64,000 nt of DNA from the human T2T-CHM13v2.0 reference genome, Homo sapiens: the NCBI RefSeq assembly GCF_009914755.1, contig NC_060925.1, one strand, 5' to 3'. Shown here one piece after another: positions 9,954 through 23,780 of the stretch. Within the stretch, counting starts at the first letter, position 1; each line of letters opens with the position of its first letter. The notes beneath the pieces are model-generated. The model saw only the letters and a list, made by a program, of their open reading frames with translations, had not been told where the DNA came from and ran no database searches. Both the position numbers and the translations under genes were made by a program.

Positions 9954-12900
9954 GTAGGATGCTTTCTGCTATGGTTGACTGGCTTCAGGCAAGGTTTGGG
10001 CAGAACAGCATTAAAGAATATGTGCAGCCAGTGTATGTGGCGGTTCTAGAACCTGGTTGCCAATGTTTTGCAAGCAGAAATGCTGCAGTTTGCTTGCAGT
10101 GGATCTGGGCTCAGACTAATGGAATCAAACCACAGGGCTGCTGCCTAGCTCAGAACCTACAGAGCTCCCAGCTCCTTTGAGAGAGAAAAGCCTAAAGTGT
10201 TTGCAGGGAGCTGAGATGGAGCTAGGAAAGAGCTTGCAGAGCAAATAAGTTGGGCGAGAAGATAAGGTTTTCTGTTCTGGGTTCCTGGGACTACACTGAT
10301 TAAACATTTACAATGGAAACTTGTTTTCTGAAATTGACATTAGACAGGAGAGGTCATTAACAGAGTTATCCATACAGACATTTTCAGTGAACTGTTTAAA
10401 ATTGTAAAAATTCTCATAAGGTATTTTTATCTCTGCAGTTTACATCATATTATTGGGATGGGGAGGGCAGCAAATTTGGTCCATAAACTGTAGTTGTATG
10501 AGAATGTCATTGCAACAGAATGAAAAATATAAGGAAAATATCCGGGCCTCTTGCCTCCTGATTCGGGGTCTTATCAGGTTAAAAAAGAATTTTGTGCTCC
10601 CTAAATGCTTTCCCTGTCCAATGGATTTTAGCCAAGTATCAAATGATTATTTGCTGATGATCTTTTCGCATATTCAATATTGAGTGTAAGGAGGAACTTT
10701 CCCTGGAGAGATGCTATTTAAACTATATTTTATTCTGCTAAATTACCCTTCCCAGTCTGACACTGTGACAGCCAAGATTGTCTCCAAAAAGCAGCAAGCT
10801 GATCAGGAAAGAAGCAAGCAGCTCTATGCAGGCTTTGATTTTCTGTTTTCACACTATAGGATGGTGCAAAACTCCTGGCCTTTCCTAAGATGACAGGCAG
10901 AAATTTGTCCCCAGCCTGGATTTCACAATGCAGAATTGAGTGCATAATGGGTCTCAAATCAGCCATGAAAATGGCAGAGAGGCCACCTCTTAAGCCAAGG
11001 TTTGTCCTACGGATTTTAACTATTCCTTAGAAATTTACCAAAATGGAATAAGAGGAGGAAGGTTTCATAAAAACAGCAGTGTAGCCTGTACTTATTTGGC
11101 AGAAATGAATTCTTTTTGCTCTCCCTGTCATCATGTCAAACATTGTTAATGTGATTTGGGGGAGTGAAGAATTCTAGAGTCAAAACCCACAGATTTTAGA
11201 AGATAGCCTTAAAAGAGAGGTTGGGTATGATTTTGTTATGGAGCTGAGTCTTGTTTGCAAAAGGCTCTCAAGCTAGCCCTTTAAATCCAGGCCTAAATAA
11301 ATTGAGATTGCTAACACTCTCAGATTAAATCATTTTCATTAATTCAAAATTGATTTAATCTTTGAATAACAAGGCAAGACAGAGTGTTATTTATGCACTT
11401 TTCAATTAAAAGCTCATGTGGATTATCTTCTTCAGAAAAAATATCTTGCCTGTAGAGGTACTGTATTTCTCCAGCTCAACTTCATATAGCATTTCTTAAA
11501 AATGCATCTGCACACATTCTGATTAGATTTCAGTGTTGCATAGAGAATTGGATGCTCTTTCTTTTCACTTCTTGCCTTGCAAACCATGGCACTAAAGTAT
11601 CTTCTTTGAAGGTTGTAACGTTTTTTGATGCTCATGAATGATTCTCCTGGTAATATGGTCTATTGTGCCATCCAAGAATGTCAGTTCAAAGCTCTGTGAT
11701 AAGCTTATCCAGGCTGCCTAAACCAAAATGAGAACTGCAACAAAGACTTGTGCTGGAGCTGAATTAGCACTATTGCTCTGGGTTTGCCAAATTTATCTAA
11801 TGAACAATGTTATCTTAGCACTGGTATGAATTAGAGGTTATACTATGGATACAGTTGTCTTTCACCAGATCTTTTGCAAGAGAAATTGGACAGGTGTTCC
11901 CACTGGCTTAAATAGCTAAATGAAATTAACATTTATTTCTACCCATAGCTCCTACTTAAATGTTTTTAAGCCTTATTATCTTAATAGTTCGGTGACCTTA
12001 GAAAGGCAAATAGGAGCTTAACCAAAAATCAATTTGCTATCAGTTGCCTTCCAACTTAGTTGACAGTCTTTTTGGCAATATACATTCATGTTTCTGGTAT
12101 TGCATGGCAGAATTTCACCTCTGAATTGCTCTTATTCTGAAGGTGTGGTATATAATTATTATTTCAACTTAACTCATCTCTAGAGATTGCCAGCCTCTGT
12201 ACATCTACCACAATAACCTTGGAAAGATAAGGAACCTCATAAAAGGCACCCCAAATTTGTCATGGCAGCTCTTCGTTGAAACATTAGTGGACTCTGAGAA
12301 TGTGCCACCAAACATCTAGTTAAAATCATATTTCTTCTGAACTAGTGTGTCTCACACACACACAGAGTCATCCACCCAAACACATTTCTGGAAAGGAAGA
12401 AAACATATATTTGCACTCGTGTGGCTGTACATTTCTATATTGCTAAAGTGTTTTAGTCTGCTGCTCAGAAAAAGCATGGCCATGGCAACTTTTCAAAGGC
12501 ACTTCTCTACTTTGTGTAAAGCAAGAGTAAACAAATATTCAGCAGAATGGGTCATAGTAAACTACGTTTTGTTTGTGTGGAACAGGATATAGGCTCCATT
12601 CATTCAATGCCTATTGGAAATCCATCCAATCATAGATGATAAATGTTACTACCTCCTCAGTGATACTAATTTTGTGGAAGTCAACGAAATAATTCCCCAG
12701 GGACCACAAGCAGGTGATTAGTGGTTTGTGGCTCCATGGTTCTTTTAACATATTTTAATTAAAAAACATATTTTAAGGGACTTGATTTGCTGCTTCCTGC
12801 ATACTTTATCTTTTGGCAGTGGTTGGCATTGAGTTGTTTCTTTTCTAAAGAAAGCCACATGATCTGGAGCCTTCTGTAGTATAAATATGAAAGGAAAGAT

Positions 12901-14179
12901 GATGAGCAAAGGGAATTATTAACTATGGAGTGTACATATTGGCTAAGCTTACAATGAAGTCTATGTGGTTAGGGCAACTATTCAAGGACTATTTTTTGAT
13001 ATATTATTATTAAAGTTTGAAAATGGCATTCTTTAGCTATCCTTTCTAAGATAACTGGAACTAAGTCAGAGTTTCTTGGGCTATCTGTCTATTTGTGAGG
13101 GTGTCTAGAAAGTACTTTCCTTGTTCACGTAGGCCCAACTGAAGGCGTTTTGCGTTTTTAGTTCCATATTCAGGCTCTTAGGTGCTATACTAGAAAGATA
13201 AGTTTCTGGGTGCCAATGGTTTCATTTTATATGACAATTTAAAAAATTAACAAGCAAATATTTTTAAGGGCTTACTGGGTTTAATTACAATATTCAGGAT
13301 AATTTAATATATTTTATTATATTTACTACTCATAATAACCTGAAATTAAGTATATTGTATATACGGTGCTTTTTTCAGTCCTTTTCTACCTTTCAAAAGT
13401 AAAAATAATGCATTGAGGCAAAAAAATGGTGGAGTGAAATTTGAACCTACATCCATTTAACCACAAAGTTCATGTTTTTGACCCTCTAGGAACCTCTTAG
13501 TTTTGCTTTGCATCAGGTTGGGCATGTTAACCTAATTGAAAAATAGGCTGTAGTGCCTTTGGTTGCATATTCTGTGTCTCTCTGTTTTAAATATGAATAT
13601 TGACAGAACTATACTCTTTAATTTCTTATTAATGCCTTTTATGTCCAAAATCATTATTTAAAAAATTTTGCATAATTGAAGAGTAACTAAACTTCTGTTG
13701 TTGCAATAAACCTTATAAACACTAAGAACTTCTTCTTTTCCTATCTAGAAACAGAGTTTTACTAAAATAACATTTGGAAAATTCTTTGGTTTGGTCAGAA
13801 AAGAGCAAGACATCTTGAAGCTGGAGCTGTTCATTTTGTATTTAGTTAAGAAGTTTTAAAGGGAATGCTTCTAATTTTCCTACTGATTCTCTTCTTTAAA
13901 TGATGAAATTACTTTAGAAAATCTAAACATGCAGATAGAAGATTCCAATATATGTTCCATCACCTGTGTAATTTCTCATCTTCTCCAGTGTTCTGTATCA
14001 TAAAGAACCTCTTTAGATATATATGTTCCCATCCAAATGTCAGGGGTCATCTTTATACTTCTAAAAAGAATATGGAGTCTTTAAAAAATTAAATTAGATA
14101 AACCATACTAGAAGACTCTGGATCATTCTTTCTGTTGGATGTAGCACATACACTATCCATGTTTCAAATAAACAAGGTA

Positions 14180-14600
14180 CAGGAAGTTACCAACTCACAA
14201 TTTTTATGTTCCTGAAAGTTTGTTTGTGAGCTGGTTACTTGGAACATGTTTTCCCATAGGAATAATGATACAAATAATAGAGTCTCACACAAGTCCATCA
14301 AAGGCTATTAACCCAATATCTAGCTAACATGCAAATATTTGCCATAAAATGTGTAAAGAACAGTATGGTTCCCATAGTAATCAAATAGAAGAAAATTATG
14401 GCATTAAATGTGTTTTTAATTTTGGATGTTGCTGTTTGAAGGAAAGAAGCTTTAATTGGAGGACAATGAAGAGCTGGAGAAAAAATTAGAAGGTATTTTC
14501 AGAATACCATCAAATACTTTAGGTATTTTCAGAAGTTTTAGATACTCATGACACTGGATTTTTCAATTATGTTCAATTTTACCCTCATACTTGTGGCTTA
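14180..14600 (+). mobile_element. Tigger13a-like DNA transposon fragment
   Basis: TA|CAGGAAGTTACCAACT...GTTTGTTTGTGAG...TTTTCCCATAGGAATAATGATA resembles the recalled Tigger13a left end. Confidence 0.6.
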
Positions 14601-15109
14601 TCTTTTCTCAATTCAATTTTATCATACAAACTGCTTTTAAATTATGAGTAAAGTCATGATGTAAACTCACAGACTGAATTAAAAGTGGGAGAGAGAATTT
14701 ACTGAGATAATTCTAAAGGAGTTGGAAGAGAGAAAAATGATAAGGGATTATTATGAATTTGGGCTCATGTGTCTGAGTAAGTCCCATTTGGAGAAATTAA
14801 CTGAATAAGAAAGAGGTCATAGGTAGAACAGAATTGAGGAGCATAGTAAAAGCAGGAAAAAGTACGGTGTGAGGCAGAGGTATTGGGTCTCACAGGTTTG
14901 TGTGCTAACTACCAAATGTAGGTGTGGGCACATAATGGCAAGCTTTCCATGGGAGAGAGACTGGGGAAGTGCATTTAGACTTGGGAAGCGATGGGCCTCT
15001 ATTCTTGGAACTTGTATGTTGGTTAACTACATCTGCAGGATATTAGAAAGATCTGATATTAGAAAGATATTAGGCATCTAGAATTAAATACTTCACATGG
15101 CATGACTTC

Positions 15110-15610
15110 CTTGTTTAAGAAAACTTCTGTATCTTCCCATTTCTCTTAAAATCCATAGGCTACAAGACCCTGCATGCTCTGGCCTGCTGTGCCTTTTCAG
15201 GCTCATCAAATACTTCACTCACACTGAAAGCCACACTGCCTGCCTCCTCATGTTTAGAATAAACACTTTCATGCCTCAGGGCTTTTTCTTTGCCTAAAAC
15301 ACTCCTTTTGCAGGTCATGGAGTTACCAATTCTCTTGTGGTCCCAGCAAAACTGTCACCTCCTCAGGCAGCCTTTGCTATCATCCTTGTCATCTCAAACA
15401 TACATCCTGGGCTACTGAGTCCATCTCAGCCCGCTCTCTCTCCTCAGAGCTGTGTTTATGGCTTGTGGTTGCTTTCAGGCATGGGCTGAATCTCTCACTC
15501 AAATGTAAGCTCCACGAAGGTAGAAATCTGGTCTACCATTTTCATCTCTGTATCCTTAGCTCTTGGCACACTATAAATACTTAACATGTTTATTAATTGA
15601 ATAAGTGAAC
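15110..15610 (+). mobile_element. L2 3' fragment
   Basis: GCTACAAGACCCTGCATG..., TGCCTCAGGGC, AATGTAAGCTCCACGAAGGTAGAA, terminal TTGAATAAGTGAA. Confidence 0.7.
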
Positions 15611-17586
15611 AAAACTAGATATAAATGGCTCAGATAACTGTATACTATTCATTATTAGGTATTATTTTGGGCATTATGATGGACGTAAGAAAAAAATGCT
15701 CAAATGTGTATTCTCACTGGAGAAATAAAATCAATAAACATGAAACAATTAGGAAATAAGACAATATTCTGCAGTGATAAATTGTGAGAAATAGATAATA
15801 TATATTGAGATGCAAAAAAAAGAAATAGTTCATTTGAAAATATGTACTTGAGCTTGAATTGTTTTGGTGATGAGCTCCTAGGAAATGATTTCATAATGAA
15901 AAGAGGCACATTGTAGCACCACCATTCAAAGAATTCCCAGAGTCAGTTTTGTCAGTATGCTGGATGCTTTTTTTCTTTTCTCTCTTCCTTTGCCTTCCTT
16001 GCATTTCTGCCTTTCCTTTCTCTACTTTTCTCATTCTTCCATCCCACCTTTCCCTTCCTGGGTTCTCATTCCTTTTCTCTGGTTTATGACCAAGCCTGAA
16101 AATGGTGGCTTATAAAGCCAGCAGGTTCGACTTGGAATGTGGGAAAGTATTTTTAAATAAATGAGTGAATGTAAACGAGTGTAATGTTGTTCGGTGTATT
16201 TGTGTGTACAGTGGCAATGTCATGGAATATGAGATTTTTCAGATGCAAATTACTCCTGATTGAAGAATTTGTTAATCTTAGGAGCTCAATGTGTTGGCTG
16301 ATTTTATGCAGTTGGGCTTTTTGGTTGAAAGAACATGAACCCAGAAGTCAGACTTGAGTTTGAGTCTAAGTGTTGTGACTGCCTGGCTGTATGCCATGAG
16401 AAAGTTACTTTACATTCCTGGGCTCTGTTTCCTTGCAAACAAAATGAGATAATTGATGTGCCATACCTCTAGAACTTCCAGCTCTAACAGTCTCTGGCAT
16501 TTTCTGAATGATTAGGATTCCTCACATCTACTCCCTCCAAGGTTTGAATTCTAATGACTGACTCCTTTTCCTCTCACCTCAGAATATATTCATCCCTGAC
16601 ACACAAATAATTCAAATGCATTACTATCTACCTTTTATTAGTTTAATTTTTCTCTATGTTGTTTATTCTGCATCCACAATTTACTTTTGCCTCTTTGCTG
16701 TACTGGAACACAAAAAGTGCATTTATGGCAACCCTCTTCTGCAACTCCTAGTCTGGAACTGTTTATTTATTCATCAAATATTCTGTATCGAATGCACACT
16801 AGGCATTATTCTAAGTGCTATAAGCTCAGTAGTGAACAAAACAGATTAAAATGTCTGCCCATGTGGGCATCCTTTTGCAGAAGTCAGTCAGCATGAGTTT
16901 ATGTGATCCATGGATCAAGTGACAGGTGAGCATTCAGAAGTCTAGCATTCAGATACCCGTTCTGTGAATGTCTTGTGACAGTGCCCCTTGGGCTCATTCT
17001 TCTCACACATTTAATAAGTGAATGAGTGTCATGTCCTTGTCTTAGCTCACCATTCCAAGCCCAAAGTTACAGCTGAGAGCTCAGCAACAACTCTAGGCTT
17101 GAACATTTTCACAGAAAAGATGTAAATGCCACGAAAGTGTCATTCCAGGATCAAAATTACACATCTACTCACATGTTTTTTGGTGTATACCAAAAACCTT
17201 CATTTTTATTTTTGGTTCATATCCACTTCTGTTATGTGTCAGGACTAGTGGTTTAGGATTTTTGAAAGCTTGTGTGGAGTTACCTATGTTTCTTCTCTTT
17301 AACAAACAATTTAAGGAGGAAAATATTGAGCTCATTTAGGGCATTGTCAAAGATTATGTGACATTTGCACATGCTTAAAAGTTTTAAAAATGCTTTATTC
17401 ATCTAACAGATACACCTGGAGTGTTTCTGATATCTCAGTTGCTGTACTAGGCACAATGAAATGGCAGCAAAACACAAGGCAACAATGTCCCCCTTCTTCA
17501 GAAGCATGGAGTCTAGTATATGATACCACATTAGCATGTACATATTTTATTCGTGCAATGTCTCTGTGTGGTAGAAAGAATAAGTA

Positions 17587-18355
17587 CGGTAATCCTCCCT
17601 TATCTGCAGAGGATATGTTCCAAGATCCCCAGCGGATGCCTGAAACTACAGATATTACCAAACCCTATATGCACTATGCTTTTTCCTATACATATATATG
17701 AGATAAAGATGATTTATATATATAATTATATATATACCTTCATAGATATCAATCAGTAGGTATCAGTTTTACCTATGATCATTTTACCTTTATCACAGGT
17801 AAAATTAAATTTACCTATGGTAAAGTTAATTTGTAAATAAGGCACAGTAGGAGATTGGCGACAATAACGAATAATAAAATTTAGAACAGTTATAACAATC
17901 TGCTGTAATAAAAGTTATGTGAATGCGGTGTCTGTCTCAAAATATTTTGTTATACAGTATGCACCTCTCTTCTGATGATGTGAGATGTTACAGTGCCTAC
18001 ATGATGAGATGAAGTGGAGTGAATGACGTATGCATTGTGACACAGCGTTAGGCTGCCATTGACCTTGAACACAGGCACTGCGATATGCAACAATATGATG
18101 ACTGAGACGACTACTAAGTGACTAAGAGCAGGTAGTGTAGACAGCGTGGATACACTGGACAAAGGACTGATTCGTGTCCCAGACAGGATGGAGTAGGATG
18201 GCACGAGATTTCATTACACTACTCAAAATGGTGTGCAATTTAAAACTTATGAATTGGTTATTTCTATAATTTTTCATTTAATATTTTCAGATCACTGTTG
18301 ACTGTGGGTAACTGAACCCACAGAAAATGAAACCTTGGATAAGGAGGGACTTTTG
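17587..18355 (+). mobile_element. MER44 (Tigger7-derived MITE), near full length
   Basis: TA|CGGTAATCCTCCCTTATC left TIR and GGATAAGGAGGGACTTTTG right TIR; internal GGCACAGTAGGAGATT...GTAATAAAAGTTATGTGAATG. Confidence 0.85.
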
Positions 18356-18359
18356 TGTT

Positions 18360-18480
18360 ACTATCCTTATTTTAAACAGAAGGAAACTAGGACCCACTAA
18401 GGTTAAGTGACACTCAAGGTGACCTCCTTACTAGTGGCAGAACCAGCACTTATCAGCCAGGCTTGACTCCTAGTTAAGTG
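18360..18480 (-). mobile_element. MIR
   Basis: TTTAAACAGAAGGAAACTAGG...AAGGTTAAGTGAC..CAAGGTGAC..CTAGTGGCAGAACCAG. Confidence 0.7.
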
Positions 18481-19264
18481 CTGTTTATTTGTATAACGGC
18501 GTAACTGGAAAATCTTGCTCATATCCAAAGTGTTTGGCCTAGGTCTCTGACTGGCAAGTAAACAGCAGATTGTTTAAATCTGACTGGATGTTTCAAAAGC
18601 CTTCTTCAGAACTAAGCAAGTTAATTTTATTATCAGGTCATGATCTTTCAGAACAGTCATCAACTTGAAGAAGGCCACCTCACACAGAAGGATTTTATCC
18701 CAGTGGGCTCTTTTCAGTAGCTCAGTAGAAAATTTCCACAATTTTCTGAGGAAGAGCGTCATGATGTGATGTCACTAGTCCAGTGGACTCTAAACTTTCA
18801 CAGCTTACCTTCTACCACACGTTTTATCAAAAAGCCTGGTTCCCACCACGAACAAAAGCCCTTTTTTTTCCCTGAGGAGGACAGCTCGGTGTTCACTGAT
18901 ATTTTATGAAAGCTGTGGCTGTTATCATGAAAACATGATAATGTGTGCCATCATTTGAAGATTAACCAAATGGGTTCAACCTCATTTTAGAGTTGCAGAA
19001 ACCAAGGCCAAATGAAAAGACTTACCTAAGGATTTTTATTCTCTCTGTAAGAGGACAAGTCAAAGTTTATTTTAGTAATGATTCCAAAACTGTGAATAGA
19101 CAAAGACTTGGAGCCCATGGTGTTTTTCACGTTCAAAGGTGCTGAGGCTGGCTGGGTGACTGCCAAGAGACACAAATGAATGTGTCCCCAGGGTCATTGT
19201 TCTACTGAGTACACATACAATGTGACCATTTATAGCTCTCTCCCCTGATTTTCTCAGTGAGTCA

Positions 19265-19440
19265 GTACAGTGTGGGGGGAAGGGCCAGGACTTGAAGAGG
19301 GACTATACCGCCTCTGTGACTGGGTGACCTTGAGTGAGTTCTGGAACGGTTGGCCTCAGCTTCCCCATTTGTAAGGGGAGAATAATGCTGGCTACCTACC
19401 TCGTAGAGTCATTATGAAGAGCAAATGAAATAATAAATAT
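19265..19440 (+). mobile_element. MIR
   Basis: GGGTGACCTTGAGTGAGT...GGCCTCAGCTTCCCCATTTGTAAGGGGAGAATAAT. Confidence 0.75.
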
Positions 19441-19500
19441 ACATCTGAGAGAGTGTGGTGCAGATGCCAGTTTTTTTCTCAGACAGTTTTTTCTCAACCT

Positions 19501-19582
19501 ATATACCCATGGTAAAGTTTAATTTATAAATTAGGCACAGTAAGAGATTGGCAATAATAACTAATAATAAAATAGAACAGTT
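19501..19582 (+). repeat. Isolated internal MER44 fragment (copy of ~17812-17891)
   Basis: ATGGTAAAGTTTAATTTATAAATTAGGCACAGTAAGAGATTGGC...AATAATAAAATAGAACAGTT aligns to the MER44 1.7 kb upstream. Confidence 0.8.
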
Positions 19583-19983
19583 TCCATTGTTCTATTGGGT
19601 GTTACTTGTGGATTTCTTAGCCTTTGGAGGCTAGACATTACTGCTTGCTCTTTTGCTTTTTCTGTAGATTATTGCTGTACCTCTCCTGAAGACAGGCCTT
19701 ACAGATTTCTTTCTCCTCTTCACCATACTATTAAGTTACAAGCATACTCTATCATCCTTTATTCTCAATGTCCATGTGCTAGGCCACCCCTTTCTTGAAC
19801 ATGTATGGCATCACTAATCAATCACAGCCATCTTTCTCCCTAGCTTTAGTATCTATCTCAACATCATATTCCAGGAAATTCCTGTGAATTGATTGGAATT
19901 GGCACATGAGATGATATTACCTTGCATTCCTTACCACAAGCAGTTTCCCAAAGTTGAAATACAGGGAATAAAACCAGAATACA

Positions 19984-20290
19984 GGCCGGGAGAGGTGGCT
20001 TATACCTGTAATTCCAGCCCTTAGGGAGGCCGAGGTAGGTGGATCACTTGAAGCCAGGAGTTAATAGACCAGGCTGGCCAACATGGCGAGACCCTGCCTC
20101 TACTAAAATTACAAAAAAATTAGCTGGGCATGGTGGTGCGCACCTGTACTCCCAGCTAATCAGGAGGCTGAGGCGGGAGAATCACTTGAACCTTGGAAGC
20201 GGAGGCTGCAGTGAGCTATGATCACATCACTGCACTCCAGCCTGGGCCACAGAGGGAGACTCTGTCTCAAAAACAAACATACATATAAAA
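19984..20290 (+). mobile_element. Full-length Alu (old, J/S-type)
   Basis: GGCCGGGAGAGGTGGCT...CACTGCACTCCAGCCTGGG...GACTCTGTCTCAAAA. Confidence 0.95.
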
Positions 20291-21169
20291 AACCACTAGA
20301 ATATAGGTGATCTACCTGTGCACCCACCTTTACAAATGCCCTTAGTGAATCACCAAAAATGACATGTCAAAAATTTCTCACAGCAGCAGTTCTGGTAACA
20401 ATGGCCGGAAATGGTCTCTAAGCCCGATTGTAGGTAGAACCTTACTCCTGTGCTATTGACTGTAACCATTAAATTTCTCTTAGCCTTCTTGTGCACTAAT
20501 TTGAAGAACTATGTCTACCAGGTAGCCAAGCTAGAGTCACTGCTTGGATTAATTCCTAATTCCTCCTTCCTTCCTGTCCTACATCAGTAGGTCCTTAAGA
20601 GCTGTAGATTGTCTTTCCTAAATAGCTCTTGACTCTGTTCTCTCTCTTTCATCCCCTGCTAACACATCTGATCAGACCTTGCTGCTTCCACCTTCCAATG
20701 AATCCTCCTCACAGCCACAAAAGACATCAATTTCCTCATCTGCCTTTGATTGTTTACCATGCTTCTAAGATGAAGTCCAAATGCCTTAGTGTGCTGTGCA
20801 AAGCTTTCACACACAGGCTGCCTTCAGCCTCATCTCTCACTGGCCCAGCCAGACAGAGCTCCTTGCCATTCTCTTGCCCTTGGACTTGCCATTCCATTCC
20901 TTCTCTATATGGAAACAGTCTGTTCTGACTTTTCAAGTGGACTAACGAAAGACTGTCTGCCTTCAGTGAAGCCTTCACATATGCAGCAGGTTGAGAATGA
21001 GAGCACTAGCTTTGGAGTCAGGCTGATCCAGCTTAAACCTGTGTGTGTGACTCTAGGGAGCTAGTGAACATGTTTCCTCCTCAGGAAAGTGGATGTGACG
21101 ATAACAGTCTTTCTCATGGGTAATTTAAACATGTAAGTTTGAAAAAATTAAATCAGAAAGTGCACTTGT

Positions 21170-21206
21170 AGCACTTGGAGTTCTCCAGAGAGACAGAACT
21201 GAACAA

Positions 21207-21258
<52 letters not shown>

Positions 21259-21400
21259 CATACAGAGAGAAAGAGAGAGAGGAATTTTTAAGTAAGGAAT
21301 TGGCTCACATGATTGTGGGGACTGGCATGGCAGGTCCAAAATTTGTAGCACAGGCTGGCAGGCCAGTAACTCAGGCAGGCGTTGATGGTGAAGTCTTAAG
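21170..21400 (-). mobile_element. MLT2 (ERVL) LTR 3' part containing a (TG)n tract
   Basis: TTCTCCAGAGAGACAGAAC...AAGGAATTGGCTCACATGATTGTGGGGACTGGCA; (TG)n at ~21209-21255. Confidence 0.8.
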
Positions 21401-23254
21401 ATAAAATGTTAAGCTCCCAATAAATCTTAATTACTATTCTCTTTTAGGCATAGCACATTCTTATACCTGCTTTGTTCCTTGCTCAAAAACCAAGGACTAT
21501 GCCACAGTAGAGACCATATTTTACTCACTTTAGGATTCCCAATGTGTGCATGTGTGTAAATGCTCAATAAATACCCAGTTTTAATAAATGAATCCTGTGT
21601 AAGGATCACAAACTTTTGGTGAAAGAGTCAAGCCACCCAGCATATGGTTATTATGAGAATTAAATGAGTTAAAATATGCAAAACATTTAGAAGAGTATTT
21701 GGTCCATAGTAGAAGCTTATTAAATGTCATGTGCACATCAGAGGTCCCAGTAAAGTTCCTGGATGCCAGGCAATACCCTGGATCATGCTTCCTCTGCTCT
21801 TCCCAAAGCACCCATCTGCCACGTAGGATCACACTGGCTGAGAGCCACATTCTGGTTCCAGGAGTGTGCAGTTAATATAGTATCTCACGTATGTCTGCCT
21901 GACTCCTTTAATCATTTCCTCTGATTTTAAGAGGACAGGTTTCATTGCAGAAAACTTGCAAAATAAGAAGATACATAGAAGAAAATTAAATTCCCAAATA
22001 ATCTCATTGTTAAGAAAGAACCAACCACTACTACAGTTTGTTGAGTGCAGAACATGAGCTTTGGAGACAGACAACCTGAAGTTCCTTAACTCTTGGTGAT
22101 CTCATCAGCATCATAATTTATTTTACTATTCCTCTGTCATCAAATATTTAGGCTTCATTTATATATTGAGCAAGAATTGCTTAGATTAAGGAGTCTTGTG
22201 GTACGGTATGACTTCTTGGCTCCTATTTAGTAAGTTACCCTGATGAGGTGGTGAGAATTCTGCGTTGGATTCTAGTCCTGGCATTGCCCCAGGCAGTTGA
22301 GTGACTTTAAATAAGGCTTTAACATTGGGGAAAGAAAGCAAGGTAGTGAAGAGAAATTGATTTTAATTAGAAAAATTCTAATATCTCCTGGCACCTTTCT
22401 TTATTAGTTATGAGGATAAGACCAAGAATTTGCTAGGTGGGTAAGAACAGATTTGGAGTGTCCTTTCTGCAAGTCCCGACTGTGTCTGTTCGGTTAAGTC
22501 ATCACCTCTCTATTTTCCCATCTGTAGACTGGTAAATTATATGAGTGTTCCTGACTTTCTTACTGGGTTGAATATTGAAGTATTAAAATATATGTGAAAA
22601 TATTTTGAAAGCTGTAAAATTTTTATGTAAGTATAATGTAGTATTACAGCATTATTAGTTTCAGTATCTTGGAAATTCTGGTTTCAATTGAAGAGTTGGG
22701 TTAGATATTTTGAAGGCACCAACTCATTTTAAAACTCTATGATGAATCCCTGCTACAGGCAACCCCTTTCCACATATCCTCAAATTTCCATGTCTACAAA
22801 TGATTTTTTTTTCATTTTTGGATACCAGAAGATAAGCACCTTTCCAAATTTAGTGATTTATTTCAATGGGGATGGATATATGGAATTTTGTTAAACTGAA
22901 TAAAAATATTGTTAGCAACAATGGATACATAGTGGGACAATTTAAAATGCAGTTTAAAGTGTGTTCAACTGAAATCTATCTTGGCCTAGTTACAAACCCA
23001 AATATAGTTCTGTATACAATTTCAGCAAAGTCTAATCCTCTTTATCCAAATGCCAGATCAAACGATTTCATCTGGATTTCTTCTCTTGAGTTTCCTGCTA
23101 TCTTCTGTCTTCATGGCAACCCAGTTCAAGTTGGCACAATGAAGAACAGAGCTCGTCGCACTCTTGATCAAATTTTAACTAAGACACATAGGAAGTGTTG
23201 TAGTGACAGTGCAAGGCGATGAGCTAGCCAGGGGTCTAGGTGTGAGACACAGGC

Positions 23255-23780
23255 GAGCAAGACACATAGAGATCTTGCTGTCATGGAGCCTGAGTTCAAG
23301 TATGAGGACACAAGATTAACAAACCAAATGAATGAACAAGATCATCTCAGATTACGGTAAAATCAGTGAAAGAGGCAAAATGGAATCGTGGTGGAGAATG
23401 GGAGGGGTGGCGGTGAAGGCTACTTTAAGTGGTAATGGAAGGTTTTTCTGAGAAGGGGCACTTGAACTGAGACCCCTATACCTTGTGACCCATGAAGCTC
23501 TGGAACAGCATTTCAGGAGTGAAAACAGTAGGGTGAAGTGCCTGGGCCTTGGTGAACTCAAGGACAAGAGGGAAGCCAGCATGGCCAGAGACCAGTGAGG
23601 AAGGGAACAGAGGCAGGAGAGAAGAACAGGAGATTCACATCAGGCAGGGCTTTATGAGCAATGGAGGTGGATCTGGAATGGATTCTGAAGCAATGGAAAG
23701 CCACCGGAGAGGGTGAAGGAGAAGGTCATGCTTTTGCTTGCATCTTTAGACAATTACTTGGGTTGTCGGATGGACTTTAG
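23255..23780 (-). mobile_element. L2 fragment
   Basis: TCATGGAGC...TTGAACTGAGACC...GGAAGCCAGCATGGCCAGAG...CAATGGAAAGCCACCGGAG. Confidence 0.75.

Noticed and set aside
9914-10180. 88-aa ORF containing MMEG
   Set aside because: Starts at TTG and reads through the GTAGGA donor into the intron; only 9944-9953 is supported as coding.
12476-12489. RFX X-box-like motifs (also 1982-1995 and 23107-23120)
   Set aside because: Each has 1-2 mismatches to GTTGCCATGGCAAC; not distinguishable from chance in 64 kb without chromatin data.
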